DNA from: Octopus vulgaris
Lineage: Eukaryota
Length of the DNA stretch: 64,000 nucleotides
Direction of reading: 5' to 3'
Assembly (NCBI GenBank): GCA_951406725.2
Contig: OX597830.1
Span: 77,810,001 to 77,874,000, forward strand
Position numbers and translations under genes: made by a program. Below are positions 1 through 14,632 of this stretch, piece after piece. The notes under the pieces are model-generated. The model was not told where the DNA came from. It saw nothing but the letters and a program-made list of their open reading frames with translations, and made no database searches. The number at the start of each line of letters is the position of its first letter. Within the stretch, counting starts at the first letter, position 1.

Positions 1-32
1 CCAGCTTTCAGGCTGCAGCCATGCTGGGGCAC
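1..32 (-). mobile_element. 3' tail stub of CR1-type LINE (GTGCCCCAGCATGGCTGCAGC..GCTG)
   Basis: Reverse complement matches the 3' UTR of the LINE at 52885-53440 and the stubs at 30224-30342; abuts a (TA)n tract. Confidence 0.6.
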
Positions 33-35
33 ACG

Positions 36-112
<77 letters not shown>

Positions 113-979
113 CATATATATATATATATATTTATATATACACATTTATATATATAAACATATATATACGTATAATATATATATCGATAACAAATATAGA
201 CATATACACACATACACGTACATTTATCTGTCTATCTATTATAGACATATATGTGTATATGTACGTGTGTGAGAGAGAGTGACAGAGGGAGAGTATTATA
301 TATATATATATACTGTATTTGTGTATTTGTATATCCCTCTCAAATGCTTATTGCCAAATATTTATCGTAAGGAAAAAAATTACTTTAAAAAATATCCGGC
401 TGTATACTAACAAAGGGAAAAAAATAAATTCGATTATTTCGCTCTTCAAAGTCGAAATAAACCAGTAAAGCATAGATGGAAACACTGCAGCATTGTGGGA
501 GCCAAATCAAAAATAAAATTAGATAAGGTAATAATAATAAATAATAGTAATGAAAAATAACATGATATGAAATAATTGTAAAAAAACTAAAAATAAATCT
601 AAAGAGAATTTGTATAGAATTTGGTGCCATGAAATCACATCATTAATATTGGATCAATCACCAAACAATTGTACCATTCTTTGTCTGTGGAAAGAACTGA
701 TTCTGGTAAAACTTAAACAAGGAATAGCATTGGAATTGTTTTTCTTTATTTGTATATTCCGTATTAAAGAAAAGTATGACGTGAAATAGATATAGGTTTT
801 TGTACGGAGAAAAAACAATATTTTCGTATATATAGTGCACGATGGTGAAATATAATACAATGCGTGATATAATATGATGTTATATAATATATTAATATAT
901 CATATATGATAATACAATGTAACACAATGTGTGTATGGCTTTTTATTGTTATACGAGATATATATATATATGCACACTC

Positions 980-1011
<32 letters not shown>

Positions 1012-1097
1012 CACACATACGCGCGTGCACACATATTTAGATAGATAGATAGATAGATAGATACATACATACATACATACATACATACATACATACA

Positions 1098-1128
<31 letters not shown>

Positions 1129-1470
1129 TATGTATGATAAAGGTATTCACATATGCACTTGCTCGCGCTTATTTACACACATACGCAAGCACACGAACAA
1201 TACAAATGCAGATACAAACATATAAAATACTAAAAAGCCACACGTATACATAATATACAGGCACACATATACATACATACATACACACACATATATATAT
1301 TTATTTATTTATATTTATATTAAGGGCATTACTATAATTAAATACCTCATGCTAGGAGGGACTCTTAAAGTCAAAACTACCATAATAAACACACTGCACA
1401 GAACGCGAGGGAATGCAACTTTCGAAGCGAGCCTTTTAAAAACATAATTCAGCTGCACATCATATGATTT

Positions 1471-1538
<68 letters not shown>

Positions 1539-1876
1539 CAAATGCATGTGTGTATACATAAATACATGCATGCATATATTTATACCTGTATATATATATA
1601 TATTTATATTTATATATTTATATGTATATACATGTATATAAAAATAAATAATACACACACACACACATACACACATGAATAAATATATGGATATAGATAT
1701 ACGATCTATAGACACATTTAAATGCATATATACATGTATATACATTTACATTTGATATTCATACCTACATGTATTTTGCATGCCCACAACTGCCATCATG
1801 GAACATGGGCATTAATATATATGTGTATGTATGTATGTATATACACATACATATATATATATATATATACATATAT

Positions 1877-1907
<31 letters not shown>

Positions 1908-1994
1908 CATATATGCACACACATATATATGTATTATGTATATGTATAGATATATAAATTTTTATATCTGTATATATATGTATATATGTATGGA

Positions 1995-2061
<67 letters not shown>

Positions 2062-2459
2062 TTAGAAATACATACATGGATACATTAATACATACATATA
2101 TTTGCATTGTTTTTTCAATTTGACGGCCCCGGATTTTCTAATCGTTACTTGAATGCTATGTCTCTGTAATATAACATAAGAACGAAGGAACATCCTCAAT
2201 ATGAGAATAAACATATCCCTACATATAAACGCCTTCCACTTTGTGTAAGTGTGTGCAGCAACATTTCATAAATCATTCAAACTTTTTTTGTGTGTTTTTG
2301 ATAAAGCGATATGGATTGTTCCGTTAATTACATACAAGATATCTGCCACGAGTTTAGAAAAAGAAATAACTGCCGGAATACAACATAACATGGTTTTCGT
2401 GATAATATTTGTGAAAATGTGAGGACGGAATTCCAGTAAAAGTTCACAATACAAAATAT

Positions 2460-2586
2460 AGGGCCGGTTTGGTTAAGACGATCTCTTTGAAAACAGATAG
2501 TTCCGGGGTTCAATATACCCATACCACACTGGACAAGTGTTTTCAGCAATATTTAGGGAAGACCAAATGCCTAGTGCGATGAGTTT
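2460..2586 (+). mobile_element. Degenerate 5' half of SINE family A
   Basis: Diverged match to family A head (GGTTAAG...GTTCCGGGGTTCAA...GGACAAGTGTTTTC...GACCAAA). Confidence 0.5.
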
Positions 2587-2589
2587 AAT

Positions 2590-2720
2590 AACCTATTTCT
2601 TTACTACCCACAAGGGGCTAAACACAGAGAGGACAAACAAGGACAGACACACAGATTAAGTCGATTACATCGACCCCAGTGCGTAACAGGTACTTAATTT
2701 ATCGACCACGAAAGGATAAT
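2590..2720 (-). mobile_element. Partial SINE family B unit
   Basis: CTATTTCTTTACTACCCACAAGGGGCTAAACACAGAGAGGAC...GAAAGGAT matches family B repeat unit. Confidence 0.85.
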
Positions 2721-2807
2721 AACCGGTAATGTTATGTGAAAGCCCTTCGTACACACATAGGCACACACACAAATGCGCCCGCGTAAATACGGACGCATGC
2801 ACGTGCA

Positions 2808-2838
<31 letters not shown>

Positions 2839-2939
2839 GTGTGTGTGTGTATGTATATACATATATACATACATATATGTATACATATATATAAGTATAT
2901 ACGTACATATATGTATACATACATACATACATACATACA

Positions 2940-2972
<33 letters not shown>

Positions 2973-2975
<3 letters not shown>

Positions 2976-3075
2976 CAAAATTTAAAGGACTGACCACTCA
3001 AAAAGTGGACGGTCAACATGCTAGATATAGGTTGACCGTCCACTTTTTGAGTGGTCAGTCCTTTAAATTTTGTAT
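2973..3075. repeat. Perfect 45-bp inverted repeat with 13-nt loop
   Basis: 2973-3017 is the exact reverse complement of 3031-3075; loop ATGCTAGATATAG. Confidence 0.95.
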
Positions 3076-3618
3076 GTAAAAATATTTTAATCTTCGGATT
3101 TTTTAATATACTGGGCCACTGGTTTTAATTGATTAATATCAATTTCTACCCTTATTGAATTTCATATATATATATATACTCCCAGAAAGTTAGAGGTTGT
3201 GAATCCAACCAACTAAGGGATAATATCTATCCAATATACTGTTGGTAGAATACCCAATTATTAATACACAAGTTTTTTTTCATTGCATGGCAATTACATT
3301 ACCGAGTGTACTAAATGGGTGAAGATAAAGAGATATTTTATCATTAATTTATATAGCAAAAAGAAAATGGAGGGAATGTGGTTTATCAACTTTTAGACAT
3401 TATATTATGTCAATTCATTTATTTATCTACTTAAATGACAATTACAACAATATACATACATGTATAACATATTATGCTTTACATATATAATATATAAAGA
3501 TACCAGTAATTATTAAAATATATAACATACAGGAACAATTCATTTACTCTGAAGATTAATTCCTTAACATATGTGTCTTTAGGTGGGATAGGTATAGGTG
3601 TATGTGTACGTGTGTGTG

Positions 3619-3655
<37 letters not shown>

Positions 3656-3999
3656 TGTATGTATGTAAGCATATATTGTAGTATAAAGCATACCATGAGC
3701 ATTTGGTGTATTGCATAGGCTGAGGGAATTACATAAGAATTTTAATCTTTTGAGCGCGAGTGCACATTAAAGTATACATGTATACACACAGACACGCACA
3801 CATATATAGGTAGGTATGTATTAACGTGCATTTACACATACACGAGCATGCGCGTGTGTGTGTGCGCGCTAGTGTGTGATTTAAACAACCTATATGATTC
3901 AGTTTATTTGTTGTATAAATGTATATATAGATGTCATATGACCTCATACAAGTTGTTTGCCTGTTTATACGCTTATTGTATTATATACACACGCGCTTC

Positions 4000-4000
4000 T

Positions 4001-4059
<59 letters not shown>

Positions 4060-4079
4060 CATAAAAAGAGATAGATAGT

Positions 4080-4149
<70 letters not shown>

Positions 4150-4156
4150 CATACAT

Positions 4157-4240
<84 letters not shown>
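4000..4240. repeat. (GATA)n microsatellite
   Basis: Direct reading; similar arrays at 26641-26846 and 49601-50010. Confidence 0.95.
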
Positions 4241-4241
<1 letters not shown>

Positions 4242-4393
4242 GATCTTATAAGTATACACATTTATATATATACATTTCTCTAAATATTTTCGTATTCGTA
4301 GTGTATATGCATATACAGTCAGTTATGTAAAATAGTTTATGTGTATAAACATTTGTGAGTGTACATATGTGTGTGTGTGTGTTTATAAATGTG

Positions 4394-4448
<55 letters not shown>

Positions 4449-4501
4449 ACATAAATACATACGTGCATAATTATGTGTAAATATATAGTTATATACATTG
4501 G

Positions 4502-4575
<74 letters not shown>
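4233..4575 (+). repeat. Local duplication, copy 1 (copy 2 at 6070-6435)
   Basis: GAGATCTTATAAGTATACAC...CATTGGTACATACAT shared with 6070-6435; microsatellite lengths differ. Confidence 0.9.
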
Positions 4576-4579
<4 letters not shown>

Positions 4580-4740
4580 AAAATGTTAGATGAAAGAGGA
4601 CTAAAAAAACTCCATTCACTACATAAGAGTATAATCAAGTTAAAAAAACGAAGTGTTTGATTCATTGCATTTATTAACATCTCTCTTTCTCTCTCCCCTC
4701 TCCGTCTATGAGAATAAATACTATATATATATATGTATGT

Positions 4741-4741
4741 A

Positions 4742-4772
<31 letters not shown>

Positions 4773-4852
4773 TTTTATTTTTATTATTATTATTAATAAT
4801 AATAATAATAATAATTATTATTATTATTATTGTTATTATTACTATTATTATA

Positions 4853-4891
<39 letters not shown>

Positions 4892-4925
4892 TTTATTTTT
4901 ATTATTATTATTAATAATAATAATA

Positions 4926-4992
<67 letters not shown>
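4741..4992. repeat. (ATT/AAT)n microsatellite
   Basis: Direct reading. Confidence 0.95.
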
Positions 4993-4994
<2 letters not shown>

Positions 4995-5623
4995 TATATA
5001 AATATAGATGAAGTCAAAATACATGGGTTCCAGTAATCCGGTAGTACTGACAGGAAAAAGCTCCTTAATATATATCACTGTACAAACCGTATAGAACATA
5101 TAGTAATATATAAGATAAGGAGTGTATAAAGTCATAGATGACAAGAGAAATACTTTGATGGACTTTTATTTGACAAAATCTTTATATCACGATAAAATGT
5201 TTCGTAACACTAAAAACATGGAAATAAAATTATGTAATTTATTTATTTATTATTAGATATGATAATATATACATTATTTTGAATGCTTTTGAGTTACGAA
5301 ACAATTCTGTCGTGATATACGATTTTCCGTTTGTCAAATAAAATATCATCAAAATAATTCCCTGTGATTTATGACATATATATATATATATATATACATT
5401 AGACCATGTTGCGCGACCATCTTGAAAATTTAAGGTGATATCAACACCAGTACATACATACATACATACACACACACAAGCAGATTATAAGTATATATAT
5501 ATATATATATATATATATGTAAATGTAAAAAAATACAAACTGGGACAAGAACGTGAAACATACAAAAAACACGGACATATATATATCCATATAATATATA
5601 CATACATATATAATATATATATG

Positions 5624-5705
<82 letters not shown>

Positions 5706-5738
5706 AATATATATATATAAAAATATATATACATATGC

Positions 5739-5853
5739 ACGTTAAACCCTCCTTCTTGCCTTCTTTCCTGAGCGTCCAATAATACTTTATTTGTTCCACG
5801 TCCTCGCGTTGTTGTGTTTTTTGTTTTTTTGTGTTTTCTTGTTTGGATTAACT
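5739..5853 (+). mobile_element. 3' half of HHR-bearing mini-element family E (begins at the ACGT of the ribozyme)
   Basis: ACGTTAAACCCTCC...CTGAGCGTCCAATAATAC...TTGGATTAACT matches 56607-56718. Confidence 0.85.
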
Positions 5854-6069
5854 ACATATACATATACACATACAAACGCACATGCACATACATTTGTATA
5901 TAACGCACTTACACTCTTTTGAGTGCTGCTTATTATATATTCACACTCAAAGATCTTAGCGTCTCTAGGTTGTTTCCTTCAAAACCATGAATGTCATCAA
6001 CATCGCCATAATCATCATCATCATCGATAACAGCGTCGCCACAGAAATAGCACCAGTAGTAAGTAGTAT

Positions 6070-6438
<369 letters not shown>

Positions 6439-7341
6439 CTGGACCAATCTTTGGTCGAAACATATCTAAGTTTATCTAAGTTTATAAGGCTGATCGTTTG
6501 CCGCCATCATTGTCATCATCACCACCACATCATCATCATCATCACCATCATCATCTTCATCTTCATCTTCATCATCATCTTCATCTGAATAAAATTTGTA
6601 GTACTATAAAACAACAGGTCAGTCAAGGTAAAAACAAAAAAATAATATTGACAACAGCAGCAGCAGGTAGAAAAAGTGACGATTAGTAAATTAAAATCAG
6701 AAAATAAATCATGTAGGAGGTACCAAACAAGAATTACAATCACTTGTGGGGACATACAATCGCCTACTCATACTCCCACTTCACAACATAACTCATCTCC
6801 AGACCTGCTCTCCTTTCTCCCGCCTTCACTCAAAATGAACAACTCTATATAAAAAAGAACGAGCAAATTTACAAATAGTTTCTTATTCATAAAAGAAAGG
6901 TTTCTGGTTTGTGTGTGTTGTTTTTGTTATTGCTTTGTTGTTGGTTTTTTTTTTTGGTGTTGTTCTTTTTTTCTTTTTTTTTGGCTGTGTTCAACACGCT
7001 ACAATTATCCGTACCTTTGTAGTTGATTGAGTGTTGCTATACACACACATATACACACATGAATACCACAGGTTGATTGTGGTGGTGGTGGTGGTGGTGG
7101 TGGTGGTGTTGGTGGTGGAAGACATCCAGGATGTCTGTGTATGCGAGGGAGACAGAGAGAGAGAGAGAGTGTGTGTGTATATGTATGTATGTGTTTGTGT
7201 GTATGTTTGTGTGTGTGTGTGTGTGTGTGAGGGAGACAGAGAGAGTGTGTGTGTATATCTATGTATGTGTTTGTATGTGTGTGTGAGGGAGACAGAGAGA
7301 GAGAGTGTGTGTGTGTATATGTATGTATGTGTTTGTGTGTA

Positions 7342-7381
<40 letters not shown>

Positions 7382-7894
7382 TATGTATATGTGTGTGTGT
7401 GTGTTTGTTTGTGTGTGTGTGTGTGAGTGTGTGTGTGTCAAGGTTCGATAGAGCAAATCGCTTTACCAGCTGCGAGGAGCAGCAGACACGCTGATATTTA
7501 CACAGCGACTCCGACCTCATATCCATGTACCCATTACTATTAGATGTTGTTGTTGTTGTTGTCGTTGTTGTTATTGTTGTTATTATTAATTCTATGAGGC
7601 GTACCCGAGGGAGGGTTGGAGGCTGTTGGCTTTGTTTTCTTTGTTTATTCATTTATTTTAATAAAAAAACTATACTTCTCGATATCTATATAATCATATA
7701 CGCATGTATGCTTATACATACATACAAACATATATATATATATATATATATATAAACGCATGTATACATACATATATATATATATATAAACACGTATTTG
7801 TATATATACGTTCATACATATATGCATATGGTTAAGTGATGCATGTATATGTGTATGTGTGTGTGTATATATATATATATATACACACACACAT

Positions 7895-7964
<70 letters not shown>

Positions 7965-8138
7965 ATTAATAAACACCATCAGAGCGAAAAGATCTGAGAT
8001 TACTGCTGTGTTTATCTCAAAAAAAGAAGAAAAAAAACCTAACCGTATCGTAGCATACATAGATTAATTCAGACGAAAACCTATGGCTTTCTTCCTCTTC
8101 CACTAGAAAACGAATACAGTAATTATATGAAAGAGATA

Positions 8139-8204
<66 letters not shown>

Positions 8205-8221
8205 TAGTTTTATTATTCTCT

Positions 8222-8425
8222 AATTTTCGACACAAGGCAGGCAATTATGAGAGGAGTGTAAATCGGTTACACACTGATCCCAGTGTTCAGCTGGGTTATT
8301 TATTTTATCGACCCCCGAAAGAATGAATAGCAATGTCGGCCTCGACGACATTTGAACTCGGAACGTTAAGTCGCTAGAAATACTGCAGAGCATTTATCTA
8401 GACGCGCTAACGACGCTGCCAGCAG
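8222..8425 (-). mobile_element. Diverged SINE family B copy
   Basis: TCGACCCCCGAAAGAATGAA...ATTTGAACTCGGAACG...GCTAACGACGCTGCCAGC. Confidence 0.75.
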
Positions 8426-8488
8426 GTCGCATTGTTTCCTTTATAAATAGTAAATAGCACAAATATTAACAGAAGCAGCAGCAGCAAC

Positions 8489-8562
<74 letters not shown>

Positions 8563-8800
8563 AAAAAAAAACAAGGCTGTGTATATTTTATGTTCTAAAA
8601 TATACACACCCTTGGTTTTTTATCTCATTACGAAAAAAAATTTTCTTATATATACACACTGATATATGACCCCTTTTTCGTTCGCAGACCCTCTATTCGC
8701 ATAATCACCGAATCTGGAACTTAACTATGGTCAATCCATAGCACTTATTCAGCATTACCTGACCCCTTTGGGTCTCACTGACACCATTACCTCTCATAAC

Positions 8801-8842
<42 letters not shown>

Positions 8843-8858
8843 GTATATACATTTATGT

Positions 8859-8911
<53 letters not shown>

Positions 8912-9005
8912 ATCGTTAATTTGAAATAAAATAACGAACTTATCAGCATGGAAAAAATAACCTTCAAAGGTAATAATTATTAAAATTATAAATTAGGGCA
9001 TCTAC

Positions 9006-9151
9006 GAGATACCATCATGCTGAAAATAGCAACCATGTACTAGTTACAAGTTTCATCTTGACCCTTTGTCTTTTCTCCATGTTGCTATATGAAAACTTAA
9101 GGTGGTTTTAGAGTTGGTTCATGGTTGCTATTTTCAGCATGGTGGTATCTC
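9006..9151. repeat. 32-bp inverted repeat (1 mismatch) around 82-bp spacer; MITE/foldback-like
   Basis: GAGATACCATCATGCTGAAAATAGCAACCATG vs CATGGTTGCTATTTTCAGCATGGTGGTATCTC. Confidence 0.85.
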
Positions 9152-9272
9152 CACATGGTTCCGGGTTCAGTCCCACAGCGTGGCATCTTGGGCAAGTGTC
9201 TTCTGCTATAGCCCCGGGCCGACCAATGCCTTGTGAGTGGATTTGGTAGACAGAAACTGAAAGAAGCCTGTC

Positions 9273-9308
<36 letters not shown>

Positions 9309-9526
9309 TGTGTGTATATATTTGTGTGTCTGTTTGTCCCCCTAGCATTGCTTGACAACCGGTGCTGGTGTGTTTACGTCCCCGTTACTTAGCGGTTCGG
9401 CAAAACAGACCGATAGAATAAGTACTGGGCTTACAAAGAATAAGTCCCGGGGTCGATTTGCTCGACTAAAGGCGGTGCTCCAGCATGGCCGTAGTCAAAT
9501 GACTGAAACAAGTAAAAGAGTAAAAG

Positions 9527-9529
<3 letters not shown>
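9151..9529 (+). mobile_element. SINE family A, 5'-truncated, with internal (TA)n
   Basis: GGTTCCGGGTTCAGTCCC B-box region, CTTGGGCAAGTGTC, 3' CAGCATGGCCGTAGTCAAATGACTGAAAC. Confidence 0.9.
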
Positions 9530-9558
<29 letters not shown>

Positions 9559-9572
9559 AAAAATATATATAA

Positions 9573-9701
9573 AAATACAAAATGGGACAAGAACGCAAAA
9601 CACTCAAATAGACGACACAAAAAAACGGACGGATCATTCGAAACCTCTAATCTTCAGTCAAGAACCGGATTATCCTCCCAATTTCGGCTGTTTAATCTTG
9701 A
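9573..9701 (-). mobile_element. Repeat family F (PLE pLTR-like) in TA tract
   Basis: Similar to 38060-38225, 42036-42172, 42640-42820; fragment at 5530-5577. Confidence 0.6.
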
Positions 9702-9902
9702 TATATACATATATATATATACACATATACACATATATATTTAGAGAGAGAGGGAAGTAATGTTTACGGCCACTTCAGCATGGCTGTTCTGTAGGAACCG
9801 ACGTTAGTACCCATTTTTAACACCAGGAGCGATAAACATTACTTCTCAGTAGAGTTACTACTTTCGTCACTAACAGAGATTTTCTAATTAGCAATTTTGC
9901 TT

Positions 9903-9957
<55 letters not shown>

Positions 9958-10257
9958 GTGTATATATATACACACATGGAGAAAATGCACTTCGGCTTAT
10001 TCTATTGCATGCTGTTTCCATACGGATTGTATGGCGTAGATCGGTGATCCCCAACGGACCGTGTGTCCGGTAGTAGCGATGTAATTAAATCAAACTTAGA
10101 TGCCGCGAAGTTAAAAAAAAAAGAAAACTCACACACCGGAATACGAGGGAATTAATGATTTGTTTTTAGCGGTTGTTGCTGTTGGTTACCCAAGTCAATT
10201 ATACTGGATATCACCAGTGGTTTTTGCATATCTGGGACAATATTATCCCATACAATA

Positions 10258-10350
10258 TTTGTGTGGTAAGAAGTTCTGGATTCTATAGCCTCGGGTCGAC
10301 CAAACACTTGTGAGTGAATTATGGTAGACGGAAACTGAAAGAAGCCCCTC

Positions 10351-10440
<90 letters not shown>

Positions 10441-10642
10441 GTCTGTTTGTCCCCTATTACCGCTTGGCAACCAGTGTTGGTTGTGTTTACGCCTCCGTAA
10501 CTTAGCGGTTCGGCAAAAATGACTGATAGAATAAGTTCTAGACAAAAAGAAAATAAATCCCGGGGTCGATTTGTTCGACTAAAACCCTTCAAACCAGTGC
10601 TCCAGCTGGCCGCAGTCACATGACTGAAACAAGTAAAAAATA
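10258..10642 (+). mobile_element. SINE family A with internal deletion and long internal (TA)(TG)n
   Basis: Match to family A consensus. Confidence 0.9.
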
Positions 10643-11119
10643 AGATATACCCACTTACATACATACATACATACATACATGCATACATCATTAAGTCGCT
10701 GGGATATGAAGTGAGGAAGATTTGGCTACTATTTCTAGTTGGGACTACGTTGCTCTGTGTGTTCCCTCTTTAAGTCGGCAGGATGTAATACCAAGAAGAC
10801 TCGGTTGCTATTTCGGTTTTGTATTTGGTTTGCAAGATTCTCAATGCGAACTCGTTTAGTGAAACTTATTGTGTTGTCTCTCAGGAGGGCCATTATGCAT
10901 TAGTAAACACACACCATGTTTTTATTTCAATTATGTGTTATTTATTTTGTTAATAGTTGGTTAATTATTTAACCAATTAACTAATTGCATGAATAATCAT
11001 TCGGTTAATCAATCAATTATTTACTTAGGAATAAAGTCCGAATTTTGCAATAGAACCAGCTCTCGAGTAAAATCTTCATCTCTTTGACATAATTCATTTC
11101 TAGCATATGCATATGATCA

Positions 11120-11306
11120 GAAATTTTGGAGGGAGGGTGCAGTCTATTACATCAACCCCAGTACGTAACTGGTGTTTGTTTTATCGACCCCGAAAGGATA
11201 AAAGGCAAGGTCGATCTCGGCGGAATTTGAACTCAAAACGTCAAGGCGGACATAATGCCGCTAAGTATTTGGCCGGCGTGCTAACGATTCTGCCAGCTCA
11301 CCGCCC
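11120..11306 (-). mobile_element. SINE family B monomer
   Basis: Match to family B head and terminal variant. Confidence 0.85.
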
Positions 11307-11944
11307 TTTTCTTCGGCATAATAAACATTTCTATATCGTTGAAAAATCAAAAGCTGCGGCTTTCGTCCGGGCAAATAAAAAATAATCCGTTTATAGAAAT
11401 ATTGTTTCAGAAATTACGATTTCTTTCACAACCAGGTGAAACGAAAACGCTCCAACAGTTACAGTTAACAATGTCAGCACGAATTTATAACTAGTTATTA
11501 ATTCAAACCCACCTCGACCGGTATTTGAACACGCGATCTTGAGATTTACATTCAATAGAGACTTGGAGCTGGAGAAAGAAATAGAAATCATAGACAAGAA
11601 AAGAAAATATATTTTGCAAAACGTGTGGTGTTGGTGAAATGTGTGGGAAGGTTTGCGATGGCTGGGTGACTTTTGGGGTTGTTTAGGTGCTGATGGTGAA
11701 GGGCTAATGTGGAGTCGGATATTTTTGAGTTGTAATTTACATTTTTGTTCAGTCATCCGTTTCTAGTTTCATCGGGTAGCAGTGGGGTGGGACGGTGAGT
11801 TGTCTAGCGGTGCGATGCCGTATGGTGTGGTGTGACGCAGTGTACTGGAGTGGTGTACCAAAGTGTGAGGTAGTGCACTGTGGTGCAGTGGTGAGATAGC
11901 GGGGTGGGGGTGTAAATTGTGTTGTGTAGTTTTTTATCTCTCAT

Positions 11945-12325
11945 CTCTTACTTGTTTCACTAACCCTTGAAGAATTTTTAGTCAAATGAATACTTGAATT
12001 TTTTTTTAAATCAGTACTTATTCTTGAATTTAAAAAAAAAATTAGGACTTATTCTATCGGTTTCTTTTGCCGAAGCGCTAAGTTACGGGAACGTAACCTC
12101 ACCAGCATCGGGGAGACAAACATAGACACACACAGACATATATATACATATACATATATACAACGGGCTTCTTTCAGTTTCCGTCTACTAAATCCACTCA
12201 CAAGGCTTTGGTCGGCCCGAGGCTATAGTAGAAGACACTTGGCCAAGGTGCCACGCAGTGGGACTGAACCCGGAAACCATGTGGTTGGTAAGCAAGCTAC
12301 TTACCACACAGCCACTGCTGCTCCT
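11945..12325 (-). mobile_element. SINE family A
   Basis: Reverse complement of family A, head at ~12320. Confidence 0.9.
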
Positions 12326-12522
12326 ATAAATGGTAATTATAAACATGATGTGATGATATGAGTATGAGTTTTTCTGATGCTGACGATACAACGATGACGA
12401 TAATGAGGACGATGATTCATATTATGATGATAATAATGTGATGATGGAGATGTGAAAGTTAAAATCGTGATGACAATAATAACAGTGTGGAGATGCTGAC
12501 GACGACGACGACGATGACGATG

Positions 12523-12720
<198 letters not shown>

Positions 12721-13539
12721 CGGACGGCGACGGAGACAACGATGATGAGTGATAGTGATGATATTGATGAAGGCGGTGGTGGTGGTGGTGGTGGTGGTGG
12801 TGCCGATAATAGTAATCATCGCATCGAACGCGATGATGACAATGATGATACTGATGACTATCTTGGACTAGGAATCTACCACGATTCAGTTATTGATTAA
12901 TAAAATGCAAATATTAGTCATCCACCTAAAATATTTATTTATTTTTTTTTTTGTTTTGCTTTCCGTTTTCTCAATCGTTTGTCTCGGAGTACACTGTATT
13001 CTACTTTAGCTTTTTAATGCCACACTCATAAATTATGCAGGCAGATACTTACCTTCCAATGAATATTCGAGCGCGCGTGTGTATTATATGTTGAAACGTA
13101 TCGAAATTAAGATGATATTTGGGTCGTCAACAGAGGAGAGGTTGAGCGTGTCGTCGGCATCAGTTTTTTTTGTTTTTCCTCATAAATTGTTCTCCTGTCT
13201 CTATATGCTACATTTTTCATTATGTGTGTGTACCTATATATAGGTATACTATAAATACGTATGTTTATATATGTATGTATGCATGTCTGTATATATTTGT
13301 ATGTATGTACGTATATATATATATATATATACATATACACACACGTCCATGTATGTGTACATATGTTTGTATTTGCGTATGTGTGTGTGTGTATGTGTGT
13401 TTGTCTGTGTATGCATATATATGTATGCAAAACATTCTTATACATCTAGTCATGCATACCTGCATTGTTTTACGGCTGTTCTGGGAGAAAGGTTCTTCTT
13501 CGACAACATCTTCAAGGGTTTACAACCAATCATATTGAT

Positions 13540-13750
13540 AACTGTACTTATTTCAAATAGCTACTAACGTTCTAATTGTATGAGTTTGTTGATAGAATCT
13601 TATCTTAAATTGATTAGCAGATATTCCTATGTAAATAATATTATTTCTGTTATGTCGAAAGACGTTTGCATATACGGCCAATTTTTTTCAGGTCATTACC
13701 ATTGATAAGGCATACTGTCTAGGAATGGTAATTGCATATTTGTGTTCTGT
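13540..13750 (-). pseudogene. Decayed Penelope-like element GIY-YIG endonuclease fragment
   Basis: Minus-strand translation CNYHS*TVCLINGNDLKK /frameshift/ LAVYANVFRHNRNNIIYIGISANQFKIRFYQQTH; fits the PLE pattern CNC..CP..G.C...VY...YIG....FK.R; YIG codons at 13633-13625. Confidence 0.75.
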
Positions 13751-14321
13751 CCTCGATTGGGTTCTGATGACTCACATTATTTCTATTTTGGGATTATTAT
13801 TATTATTGATGACTACTACAATGTTACAAAAATACCTTAGATTTGAATAGCCAATAAAAACACTAGGATTAGATTTCAAGAATCAGAATGTAAAGGTGGA
13901 AGCTAGGGTTTCTCTTACGTCACCTGCAGAGCCATCTAAAGACGAAAGTACTTGTTGCAATGCAAGGACGGAATATCTAGCTATGAGTAAAAACATTTTT
14001 GCAGGAATCTGCAAGTTAGCATTGAATTCCTTTTTCCTTAATAGGGCTTTTCCTTTCCATACACACACATGCACAACGCTCACGTATACATCCTCAGATA
14101 TAAATATATAAACAAATACACATATATACATATACATATACACATGCACAAAAACCAACGCGTACAGATATATACATGCATGTATACGTACACAAATATA
14201 TACATATATAAAGAGGAATAGATGAATAGATAAACAGAGAGAGAGAGAGAAAGAGAGGCAGATGTAGATATATACACATACTCGGACGCATGTTATACAC
14301 TCGTGTGTATATATATATATG

Positions 14322-14355
<34 letters not shown>

Positions 14356-14599
14356 TGAATATACATTTTTGTGTATATATATACATATATATGCATATCC
14401 ATGTATATGTATATGCATATATATATTCATGCATATATATGTGTATATGTATATGTGTGTGCGTGAATGTGTGTGTTTATGTGTGTATATATGTAAATTT
14501 TTACATGTATACGTGTATCTATAGAAGTATATAGACATGCTTCCGTACATAAGCATGCGTTTACAAATATTTGTAGTCTTCCTCCTCCTCCTCCTCCTC

Positions 14600-14632
<33 letters not shown>

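Noticed and set aside
7135-7345. Three-fold GAGGGAGACAGAGA-(GT)n repeat; similar TACGTGATGTATG repeat at 34690-34800
   Set aside because: Ordinary slippage-derived compound minisatellites
13046-13165. Minus-strand exon ending in perfect AAG/GTAAGT donor
   Set aside because: No acceptor or promoter evidence; a lone donor match is expected by chance
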